Shown here: positions 24,787-36,540 of the stretch, piece after piece | Numbering within the stretch: the stretch's first letter is position 1 | Layout of the letters: each line of letters opens with the position of its first letter | NCBI RefSeq assembly: GCF_018977255.1 | Contig: NW_024704742.1 | Span: 134,852,001 to 134,916,000, forward strand | DNA length: 64,000 nt | Origin: Callorhinchus milii | Lineage: Eukaryota | Direction of reading: 5' to 3' | Notes under the pieces: generated by a model | Told to the model about the DNA's origin: nothing | Database searches by the model: none | The model's input: the letters and a program-made list of their open reading frames with translations, nothing else | Made by a program: the position numbers and the translations under genes

Positions 24787-25539
24787 AAAGGCTGCAGCCA
24801 ATTGCACACAGAAATGTCCCATAAATAGTTATGGAGTGAGTGCCCAATTTTCTTTTTGGGGGGAGGGATTATTACCCCGAGCCAATGATCCTCCAAATAA
24901 AATTGGTCACTCACTTCACAGGTGTTTCGCATTGCCGTGTTGAAATTGGCTGCCACATTTAATACACAGTCACTACACTTCACAGTTAAATCCTGTGAAG
25001 CGATTTGAGACGTGTGGATGAGGCGGTAAGCTGCTGCACCAAATGCAGAGCTTGTTATAAGGTATGAGCTGCCTACACATACCTTGGGTTAGCTCCAGCC
25101 AGTCAATCATTGCACAGCTCCCGTTTATCTACATTACACACTGGTGGGTTTACACAGCAAATAATGACTCAAAGCGGGCAGGGAGCAGGGACCGCAAACA
25201 GGAGTGACAGGAGTCAGCTTGGGAGGCCCCTTTTATCAACGTGTGCAAGCACGAGGCACGGCAGACCCCAGCGATTGCCAGCTCCTCCCAAGCTCTTACA
25301 CACACTGCAGATAAGCAGCTTTCGTCGATCATTTACTCCTTTATTGAAAATAAAACTGTAAATCAATCACAGCGACCGTTTTCTGATAAACCTGCAAACA
25401 GTACCTTGGTTTCAACAGCACTTCATTCTGAAATGCCAATTAGAGCTCGGGGTAGGTCTGAAAAGGCAGATAGGGAGTGGATAGGGAGCCCTGTAGTTAT
25501 CTGCCAATGTTGATCCTCTTTGAATGTGCCTTAAGCCAC

Positions 25540-26278
25540 CCTCCCACTCCCCCTACCCTCTCACCCCTCTAGATTCCAAACCCCAGCTCGAGTACAAACC
25601 GTTAACGGTCCAACGCCTCGGGATGTCCTTCCGACGTGAAAGGTGCTGCAGAAATGTAATTTTGTTGTTGTTGTTTTGTTGCTGCCTGTCGGACATCAAG
25701 TCCTGGATGAGGGCAAACTTCCTACAGTTGAATGTGAACAAGACTGAGGCCCTCCTGATTGCCTCGCACCAGCACCTCAGCATCTCAGGCTCTGGAAGCA
25801 TCAACTTCCATGGTTGCACACTACAAGTCAGTCAGGAACCTCGGTGTCTTGTTCGACCCTCAACTGTCTTTTCTTCCCCACATTCAAGCCATGACCCGCT
25901 CTGCCTTCCCTCACCTCCGTAACATCGCCCGACTCCGCCACTACCTCATCCCTCAGGCCACTGAAACTCTTGTTCATGCCTTCATCACCTCCAGGCTCGA
26001 CTGTGAAACGCCTGCTTGTTGGCCTTCCCAACTCCTCCCTCCACAGGCTGCAGATAATTCAGAACTCTGTAGCCCGTGTCCTCTCTCGTACCAAACTCTC
26101 CCCCATTTTCTCCTGACTCCTCTGGCTCCCTATCCTTCAGAGGATCCAGTTCAAGATCCTGGTCCTCACATACAAAGCCCTCCATGGCCTCGCCCCACCC
26201 TACCTCTGTGACCTCCTAATCCCCTACCAACCTGCCCGCTCCCTCCACTCAATGTAATCTTGTTGTTGTTGTTGTTGG
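25540..26278 (+). mobile_element. L2 tail followed by an L2 ORF2 fragment
   Basis: CLSDIKSWMRANFLQLNVNKTEAL; VRNLGVLFDPQLSF.PHI; LRNIARLRHYL..QATETLVHAFITSRLD; frameshifted. Confidence 0.9.
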
Positions 26279-27194
26279 GAGTGATCAGTCCTTGTCTATG
26301 AATGTGGGCCTGAAATTCAACCCAGTCTCAGCCTTGACACTGTTTTGTCGTAACATTTCGGATCATGTAAAATCATGGAATCCTCTTTCCTGGGAAAACT
26401 GAGATCTTTGCAGTAGTTTATGTAGCTTGGTACATACATCAAGACCTACCCCTTTGACTGCACTCAATCCAAGACCTTTTGTGGGACACTTCTGTGGGTG
26501 ATTGGCTGCCGAGCTTCGACCACAAAACACAGTCAATCCACTTTACAATATATTCTGTGAAGCGCTTTGAGACATCTCAATGACACAATAAGGCTCTATA
26601 ACAAGCATTATTATTAATTGGAAGCCTTATTATTATAAATATTATTATTATTGTTGTAAATTAAACCAGATAGCAAGCAATTTTCAGAAGGCCCTTGCTT
26701 TATTGCAATGGGGGCCTTAACATTGTTGAAATAGCAGAACAGGAGAGGCATGAATGGATTGATGAATTCCTTTATCATTTTACTTATGCTTATCAATACA
26801 GCCGGCTTTACACTGGGGCCTTTACTTAGGCACAATGGACAATCTGATCAGGCAGCGTCAATCGGCACCAGATAGATGCAGATCTGTCAGTGTGTGAGTG
26901 TGCACGCAAATTCAGCAAATACATTGAATAAACAGCACAGAGAGAGAGAGCCCTGTTTCAGTGAACAAGTCACAATTGATCCCCAAACACTTAGCCTCCT
27001 TATATAGACTTGTGTGATTGACACTCTGACTGAAGAAAGAGGTAATTTACCAGTTTAATCTTCGGAAATCTCTACTGTGGAACGCCAACTAACAGTAGCT
27101 TTTGATCACGAAACTGACTAAATTAAGTCCTGATTTAAGACCTTATTTTCTTTTTGACAATGTGATGCTCTCTCTCTGCACTGTGCAGGAGTTA

Positions 27195-27565
27195 TAATAA
27201 TAATAACCCTTGTCTTTGATATAGCGCCTTATCACGTCATTGAGATATTTCAAAGTGCTTCACAGAATATACTGTAAAGTGAATTGACTGTATATTTTGT
27301 GGGTGAAACACAGCAGCCAATTGTGCACAGCAGTGTCCCACAAACAGTCGTGGATAGAGTGACCAATATTAATATTTTACTTCTTTTTAAGGGATTATGA
27401 TCCCCAGAAAAACAATCTGCCAACAGGCGGATTCCTACTTACTGCTAGGTAAACAGAAGTGTGGAGTAAGGAAACTTGCCTAAGGTTTTGCCCTGCCTAG
27501 TTATCGAACCCGGGTCCTCTCGCTTAGGAGATAAGTGCTATAACCAATACTTCACAGGACTCCAC
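27195..27565 (-). mobile_element. Family A SINE, full length
   Basis: Ends caggactccac, the reverse complement of the head. Confidence 0.88.
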
Positions 27566-28206
27566 AAATAGCCAGACCTTAGCTCAAAAAATCGGGGAGA
27601 AATTTCATCCATTTCTAGAATTATTTTGTGTAGCATTTCAGAACCTCCAGAATTTCAGCACATTGTCGGACTGAGGAGATGGTTTTCTGCAGTTTCTTAA
27701 GATATAGTTACAGAAAAACAGCTTAAAGAATCAAGGCCTGTATTTAAGAATGTGCCAATGTGTCTGAAATACTCTGGAATATCCCCCGAATATAGCATAA
27801 ATCAAGAAATATTCAATCAAGACCATTTATTTTATTGGGCAACCAAAAAGATTGGCCACCACTGCTCTAAGATATTGGCATGCAAGTTATGTTATGGAAT
27901 GTGCTCACTAACTGATTAACACTGATGAAAAAAAAACCCTTCTCTTTTCGAATAGGATCCTTGATGTCCATCTGAACAAGCAGAGATATGACCTCAGCTG
28001 AACACCACATCCAAAGGACGGCACCTCTGACAAAGCAACTCTCCCTACACAAAAGGAATTTCTCTCTCCTAGTGTCGCTGCCAACAATCCCCCAAATAAA
28101 ATGGGTCACTCACTCTATGGCTGTTCATGGGACATTCCTGATGTAATTATGCTGCTGCATTTGCCTAGAAATACACAGTCATTCTATTTCACAGTAAAAA
28201 AAAATT

Positions 28207-28545
28207 GTGGAATTCTGTAGTGTGGATAGAGCACTTACCTCGCAAGAGAGAGGAATTGTGTTCAATTCCACATGTTTCTATTTACCTAGCAGTAAGTAGG
28301 AACCTATTTTTTAGTCAATTGGGTCGATTGCTTTCCGGGGGTAATAATCCCTTAAAAAAAATTGGTCATTCAACGATTGTTTGTGGGACACTGCTGTGTG
28401 CAATTGGCTGCCACTTTTTGAATACACAATATATAGTCAATTCACTTTACAGAATATTCCGTGAAGCATTTTGAGACGTCCTTCCGACGTGATAAGGCGC
28501 TATATCAAATGCAAGGATTATTTTTATTATATTTATTATTATTAC
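28207..28545 (+). mobile_element. Family A SINE
   Basis: Head, long-form body and tail. Confidence 0.85.
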
Positions 28546-29025
28546 AACATCAACAACTCCGCGAGCAGACAAGTCCAAAGCACCTGTCTTGCGGGAAGGT
28601 TTTTTTTAAAAACAAAAAGAAAAAAGTTATTATGAAGCCTCCCATAAAGTAAAACTGCATGTGACATTTTGAAAACTGTGCAAAAAAAACCCCAATGCAG
28701 TGCATTACTTAAACGTTTACAACCTAGATTGAAAGACGTCTAACAAAGACACCAATCTCACTGATAGCAGACTAAGAGCATTACTTATATAGCTGCTATA
28801 ATGGTTAACCATAGTAAAGAAGTAAGGGTTTATAGCTATGGTGATATATTATTCTATCAATAAATTGATCTCAGAGAGTTCTAATACAATATAAACTCTG
28901 TTAAATCAATAGTTTCTGTAGTAGCCTAACACAACACTTTGTCTTATTTTACAGATGGTGTTTGCTGCTTAGCACAGGTGCTCTATACTCTTATGGATCA
29001 TTATGCAAAGAGCTGTACTCTTCCT

Positions 29026-29368
29026 GTGGAGTCTTGGAGCATATTGGTTAGAGCACTCGCCTCGCAAGCGGATCTGGGTTTGATTCCCAGGCAGGGTGAA
29101 GCATTAGGCAAGTTTCCTTACTCCACACACCTCTGGTTGCCTAACAAGAAGGAACCTGATTGTTAGTCGATTGGCAGATCGCTTTTCCGGGGGTAGTAAT
29201 CCCTTCAAAAAAAAANTTTGGTCACTCAATCCATGACCGTTTGTGGGACACTGCTGTGTGCAATTAGCTGCCGCGATTCGCCTACAAAATATACAGTAAA
29301 TCCGCTTTACAGTATATTCTCTGAAACGCTTCGAGATACTGCATCAAATGCAAGGATTATTATTATTT
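29026..29368 (+). mobile_element. Family A SINE
   Basis: Head, long-form body and tail. Confidence 0.85.
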
Positions 29369-30169
29369 TCATAACTGCCCTGATGCCTGAAATCTCTCAT
29401 GGTTTTAGCGTTAAGTTCTTTGCCTCCGGCCAATTTCTCACCTGCACCAAACTTCGCACCCCTTACCCTAGGCTTTGCCAGGCTCCACGGGCTCCATATG
29501 ACAGAACAGCAACAACAACAACTTGTATTTATATAGCACCCCTCACGCAGGGTAGTGTCCCAGAGTGCTTGATTGATTTTAAGATCCTTACACTCATGTA
29601 CAATGGTCCACAAACAGCCATGAAACAAATAACCAATTTATTTTTGGGAGGAGGGATTGTTGGCCAGGACACTGGGAGAGAGAAACTCCCTATTCTTTTC
29701 GAATAGAGCCATGAGATCTTTAACATTCATCTGAACAGGAAGATGGGATCTCGGTTTAACATCTCATCATTGGAACCCATGGCGTTCTGACTCAGAGGAG
29801 TAAGGGCTACCAACTGAGCTAGGCTGACACGTATTGTAAATTGGGGGTGAGGGGGAAGGGGAGAGAGAGGGAATCAACAAAAACAAGGTTCGCTCAACAG
29901 GAATCTTTTTGACAGAGGAAAGGTGTTGTTTATCACTGTGGTGCGCTCATTAAGGGGCTCCCAGATGATAATTAATCGTTGTCTGTTACAAAGCCAGTCA
30001 ACCTCATCTGTAGCTGCTTATCCTGAGTTAGTCTCTAATGTCCCGCCTTTGCTTCTCTCCCTCTCCAGCCACTGCTTTTCCACTGGGAACGGATTTGCTT
30101 TTGAATTTTCCCGTATTGTATGGCTTGGAGTCATGCACACCGATTCTACCTAAAAGACGGTGGTAAGAG

Positions 30170-30450
30170 AACATAAGAACATAAGAACAAAAGAATTTGC
30201 TAGATGAAAGCAGACCAAGATGCAAACAGATTGCCTTTCGCTATCCTGACAGTTGTTTGACATGTCGTGTCCCAAACTATGTACTGTAACCTGAGATATT
30301 ATTTTGTAGCAGAAATCTATCTCATTTGTCTTTAAAGGATCAACACTTTCTGCTTCCATCGACTCCCTAGGGAGCCTGTTCCATACGTTTACCACTCGCT
30401 CACTGAAGTAGCGTTTCCGCAGATTTGTTCTGAATTTACCCCACTTCAAT
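30170..30450 (-). mobile_element. CR1 3' end
   Basis: GKFRTNLRKRYFSERVVNVWNRLP..SMEAES, with tail repeat (ttcttatg)n. Confidence 0.85.
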
Positions 30451-30932
30451 TTGGCCTAACCTCTGTGTCTGTGGCATCACTTTGCTCCCATGAGGAAGGA
30501 GTGGGGGGGAGGAGGGGTAGCGAGGGGGCACACTGGCTAGCACAGCTTGTGATCTTCATACCCATCACAAAGAACAGAGAGGCCTGGGATAAATGGAGAT
30601 GAAGAAAACAACAGTGCAAATTATTGACTGTGAGACATGTGGAATTACTTCAGCTTGTGTAGACTTTGCTAACTGACTGTTACCTCTCATTGGTATTGAC
30701 CGCTCTCATGCCCAAGCAGATGGCTGATGGAGGAGTGACTCTAGGCAAGTCTGGCCCCTCCGAGGGTCTGACTCCTTCCCTTAACCCCTTGTGAGCTCAA
30801 AAGCTGCTCCAAGCGAGGAGGAACACTGGTATTCAATCAAATAATAATAATAATCCTTGCATTCGACATAGCACCTTTCCTGGGGTAGGATGTCTCAAAC
30901 TGCTTCACAGGATTCACTGGAAAGTAACATAG

Positions 30933-31280
30933 TGAAGTCCCATAGCGTAGTGGTTAGCACGCTCGCCCCAAGCGAGACAACCTAAGTTCAATCCCCAAGC
31001 AGGACAAAACCTTAGGCAAGACTCCTTAATCCACTCCCGCCTGTTTACCCAGCAGTAAGTAGCAACCCGGTTGTTAGTTGATTGGCGGATCGCTTTTCAG
31101 GGTTAATAGTTCCTAAAAAAAATGCGGTTACTCAATCCATGTGTTTGTGGGACACTCTGTGAGCAATTAGGTACCAAGTTTTGCCAACAGAATGTACAAT
31201 AAATCCACTTTACAATAGATTCTGTGAAGCGCATGTCTCAACGACATGATAAGGCGCTATACCAAATGTAAGACATATAT
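30933..31280 (+). mobile_element. Family A SINE (diverged)
   Basis: Head, long-form body and tail. Confidence 0.8.
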
Positions 31281-31964
31281 TTTATATATAAGTGTACAGA
31301 TTGTGTCATTTATAGGTGAACGAGACAGACAATTTGCCCATAGCAACATCCCACAAATAGCCAAGAAGTGAAAGAGCAAATTTATTTAGAGGATTGTTGA
31401 CCAGGACACTGAAACCTCCTCCTGACGTCAAGGTGCTATATCAAATGTAAGAGATATAAATGGTGTTAAAGGTCCCATGGTACTATTTGAAAAGATAAGG
31501 AAGTTTCTCCCGGTATTCTGAGCAACAAGCCCTGATATAAAATTGGTTTTGATGATGTGAGAAGTCGCTGCATCAAATGGAAAGATTATTATTATTTAAG
31601 GCATGAAAGGAGCTATTTCAGTGCAAATAGTTGCAGCTTGTGACAGTCAATATAACACCAAGGCTTTGAACCAGTGAGAGCTAGCAACCTCAACATGTGA
31701 CCTTCCTTCTGGTTCGGAGTCCATTGCTCAATGCTTGAGTTACTTGGCTTGTCTCTATCTTTGAAGCTGTCTTACTCTTATAGATCAGCTTTGTGCTGGA
31801 ATTCCAATGGTTATTGATCAAGTTATTTGAAAAACGAGAGAGAGAAAAAGAGAGAAAATTCAAAGGAACCTCTAAAAGCTGATCTGAAGAAGGCATTTCA
31901 GAAGCCATACTTACAATAACGCATATAATCCCTGACTTGATACAGCATCGAAATGTCTCAAAGC

Positions 31965-32314
31965 TTGCATTTGACATAGCGCCTTATCACGTAATTGAGA
32001 AGTCTCAAGGCTCTTCACAGAATATATATTGTAGAGTGGATTGACTGTATATTTTATGGGCAAAATGCAACAGCCAGTTGCGCACAGCGATGTCCCACAA
32101 ACAGTCATGGATTGAGTGACCACATTTTTTTGTGGAGGGGTTATTATCCCCTGAAAGTGATCAGCCAATTGATTAACAACTGGGTTCCTACATACTGCTA
32201 TGTAAACAAAGGCTTGTGGAGTAAGGAAACTTGTTTTCACCCTGTCAGGGAATCAAACCCGGATCCTCTCGCTTGCGAGGCGAGCGTACTGACCAATACG
32301 CTGCAGGACTCCAC
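31965..32314 (-). mobile_element. Family A SINE
   Basis: Reverse-complement match to the consensus. Confidence 0.85.
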
Positions 32315-32579
32315 GGCACTTTTTAAGCAGCAGCTTCCCCCACTGCTTACTTTGGCTTTTTTTTTAGGAAGCTATTTTATTCTCTCATGGGGTAAAAATT
32401 CCCCCCAATCATGCTTAAAGAATCAAAATAATGGTTTAGAATGAACTTAGTTTACGGTCCCTCTGAAGATATATATATATGTTGAGTTTTCAGATAGAAC
32501 TATTAAAGGAATTCTCAAAGGTTGTTAAAAAAGTTGTTGTTGATAATGAAAAAGCTTTTCTTGTTGACTTGCACCGAAT

Positions 32580-33240
32580 AGTAGTAATAATAATCATCCT
32601 TACATTTGATAATAGCATGTTATTGAGATGTCTAAAAGCGCTTCATAGAATATACCGTAAAGTGGATTGACTGTGTATTTTGTGAGTGAAATGCGACAGC
32701 CAATTGTGCACAGCAAACAGTTGCGGATTGAGTGACCAAATTATTATTATTTTTATGGAATTCTGTAGCTCAATGGTTAGAGTACTCGCATCACAAGCGA
32801 GAAGACCTGGGTTTGGTTCCTGGTAGGGCGAAACATTGGGCAAGTTTTCTTACTCCACACGCCTCTTTTGCATAGCAGTAAGTAGGAACCCGGTTCTTAT
32901 TGATTGGCGGATCGCTTTTTTGGGAGTAATAATTCCTTAAAAAAATAATAATTTGGTCATTCAATCCATGACTGTTTGTGGGACACTGCTGTGCACAAAT
33001 TGGCTGCCCCGGTTCGTCCATAAAATATAAAAAGTCAATTCACTTTACAACATATTCTGTGAAGCGCTTTGAGACGTTTTGAAGACGTGATAAGGCCTAT
33101 ATCAAATGCAAGGAGTATCATTATTATTACTACTAGGTAACCGAGAGTGTGGAGTAAGGGAACTTGCCTAAGTTTTATTCTGCCCGAGAATTGAACTTGG
33201 GTTCTCTTGCTTGCGAGGTGAGCTCTCTAGTCACTCCACC
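32580..33240. mobile_element. Nested family A SINEs: a plus copy (about 32756-33130) inside a minus copy
   Basis: Order is minus tail, complete plus element, then minus head. Confidence 0.82.
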
Positions 33241-35769
33241 TCAAACAAATCTCAAGTGTGACGGAATAAAAATAATTATTTGAAGCAAAAGTAAGGTGTG
33301 ATTGGGGTAAAACGATCCCTTTTTGTGTGGTGGGCTATTTTAATAGGGTCAGATCTGTGTTGGTGGGAGGTGGAGTGGGGTCAGAGGTGAGGGTACCAGA
33401 GGTCAGAGGTGAGCTCCACCAACGAGAGGGGTCAGTTGTCAAGTGTCCTATCTTCATAAACCTGAAGCTTTTGGATTAATTAATTTGAGGGAGTTGGTGG
33501 GTGGTGGGGCGGGTGCTGGGGGAAAGGAACTTTCAACATAAAATTGGCAAGAGATCGGAGACAAAAAAATCTCTGTACACACCTATCTGCATTTTATTAC
33601 ATGGCACTGCAAATCTCTAATGATTAATTGGTTAATTGGTTAATTGGTATTTTGATTACTCTTTGCTTCTCGATGATATAAAAACATCTGGTCACTCAAT
33701 CCACGACTGTTTGTGGGACACTGCTGTGCTCAATTGGCTGCCGCATTTCACACACAATACACAGTCAATCCACTTTACAATATATTCTGTGAAGCGCTTT
33801 GAGACACCTGCACGACGTGATAAGGCGCTATATCAAATGCAAGGATTATTATTATTATTATTATTATTGTTATCTCCGTTTAAATAAACTTTCCCGCAAA
33901 CAAAGCGCTCTGTTCATCCAGAAAATGACACATTATAGATTTTAACCCATCACATTTGTGATTCTGTGAGACAGTCAACAGGGAAAGCTTTTACATTGAC
34001 TGCCTTTGAAAATTCCTTTTCACCCTTCGGTATGAAAACTCCACACAAATATATAGCTTCAGAGGGGCTATAAACTAAGGATCGTTATGTGACATTACTA
34101 TTATTTTGATAAGATGAGGTTCTCAATGGAAAGCTATGCGGTTATAGCTGGTTACACTTCAGCTATTACCCTCCACCCCAGATCCACCACACCACTGCCC
34201 CCCCACCCCCCAACCCTCCCAAGCACACTCCGGGTTCCCCAATCCTTGGCTTTCGCCAACTTGTGCCCACTTGAATGAGATAAGTGGACTGCGTTTCTTC
34301 GGGGAGAGAGTGCGCATTCCATTCCAGGCAAAGAAAACGCCATGTGTAGGTGGCAGACAGTACATATGTGGAACTCTCTGTCTGGTTTGGATACTTTTAA
34401 GTGGATGATGTGTGTCGACATCACGCCTTAGGTCTCAAAGCACTCAACAGAATATACTGTAAAGTGAATTGACCGGGTATTTTATGGGTGAAATATCCCA
34501 CATCCGGCTGGCCAAATAAAAAAATGTTTTGAAGCCCTAGTTAGCGAGTTCTAGCAGAGGTGCCCAAGTCAGAGAGGGGAAGTGGGGATGGGGAGGGGGA
34601 GATACCTGGGATTACCATGGAGGGAGTTGGGAACAACAACAACAGCTTGAATTTACATAGCGTCCTTCACGCAGACAGCCTCTCTGAGTGCTTACAAGGA
34701 TGTGCTTGATGTTAAGCTGGAAGAGGAAGGGGAGGTGACTGAAGGCATAGTCGAAGAGGAAAGTCTTCAGGTGTGATTTGAAGACAACAACAACACATTG
34801 TATTTATATAGCGTCTTTGAAGTTGGGAGGACGGGCAAAAAGAGGCAAGATGGAGATTGAGGCAAGGAGGTGCGGAGAAGCGGGGCAGAGGTGAAAGATA
34901 CCATTCCGCGTTATTACATTTGATTTTTATGGAAGAAAGACCTCTGATTATAGATCTTCTGAGCTGGTCTAAAGAGTAACTAAATCCAAGACATTTTCTG
35001 CACTTAAGAAAATTGTTAATTAAAACGTACAGAAAAGTTTATGGGATCTTCTCAGATGGCAACCTTAGCTGGGTTTATTGCCATTATAAACTATCACATT
35101 TAAACTGCTTGCGAGGATTTATGTCTTTCACAATAGTTGCTGAAAATTGGCTATTGATCATGGTATGTTATAATTAAGCAGAGACTGTTTTTTTCCAAGA
35201 GTACAGTAAGTAACAAAATATCTCCATCTGCTTAATGTTGCTCACTGTCTGCGTCATTCACTTAATATCCACACTGGGACATGGGAAGAGGCTGAACAAG
35301 ACTAGTGAAGGAGCTTCTATGGGACCAACAAAATCATGTTTAGACCAGCAAGAAAGCATGCAGGAGACCAGAGGGAGTGATGAGATTTGAAAACTCCTAT
35401 GTAGTGTAGTTTGTGTATTGCTGGGGTTGCGTTGCATTGTCAACAACAACAACAACTTGCACTTATATAGCGCCCTCCATGCAGGGTAGCGTCTCAGAGC
35501 GCTTAAATTGTCAGAGGTGCCGTTCCTCAGATGAGACGTTAAACCGAGATCCTGTCTTCTTATCCAGGTGAATGTTAAAGATTCTCTTTCAAAAAAGGAA
35601 GAGAGTTTCTCCCTGTGTCCAAGCCAACAATTCTACCAATGAAATTGATCATCGACTTTATGGCTGTTGGCGGGACATTAATGTGCGCAAATTGGCATCT
35701 GCGTTTGCCTACAAATATACAAATATACAGTACATACTGTGACATGCTTGGGGACGTGATACATAGTGA

Positions 35770-36540
35770 AACAAGTGTAGACCATTCAGCCCCTTGAGCC
35801 TGCTCCACCATTCTATAATATATGGCTGATCTACACCTCAACTCCAATTACCTTCTCTTGCCCCACATCTCTCGATACCCTGACCTAACAAATATCTATG
35901 AAAATATGAATGGATCCAGCATCCACAGGGAGGAGAGAGTTCCAGATTTCCGCTACCCTTTGGGTGAAAATGCCTCCTGATCTCACTCCTAAATGGCCTG
36001 GTTCTAATTTTAAGATTATGCCACCCCTTGTTCTGGATTCCCCCACCAGAGGTAAGGTTTCTCTGCATCTACCCTATTGAATCTCTTTATGTGGAGTCCT
36101 GTAGCTCAGTGGTTAGAGCACTTGCTTTGTAAGTGAGGGACCTGAGTTCAATTCCAGGCAGGGCGAAACCTTGGGCAAGTTTCCTTACTCCACACGCCTG
36201 ATAATAATCCTCCAAAACCAAAAACAATAATAAAAATTGGTCATTTTCAATCTACGACTGTCTGGGGGACATTGCTGTGCGCAATTGGCTGCCACGTTCG
36301 CCCACAAATATATAGTCAATTCACTTTACAGTGTGTTCTGTGAAGCGCTTTGGGACGTCCTCCCGACGTGAAAAGCGCTATATCAAATGCAAGGATTATT
36401 ATTATTATTATTTTAAAAACCTCAACCAGATCACCACTCAACTTCCTAAACTCAACGGAATACAGACCAGGTTTACACAACTATCCTCATAGTTTAACCC
36501 TTTTAGCCTTGGTATTCATTCTGGTGAATCTACGCTGCAC
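35770..36540 (-). mobile_element. CR1 3' fragment interrupted by a young SINE
   Basis: Minus frame reads HNLKIRTRPFRSEIRRHF; the CR1 sequence resumes after 36412 (ttttaaaaacctcaaccagatcacc). Confidence 0.82.
36091..36412 (+). mobile_element. Family A SINE, young short subfamily, full length
   Basis: gtggagtcctgtagctcagtggttagagc ... gggacgtcctcccgacgtgaaaagcgctatatcaaatgcaagg(att)n. Confidence 0.92.
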
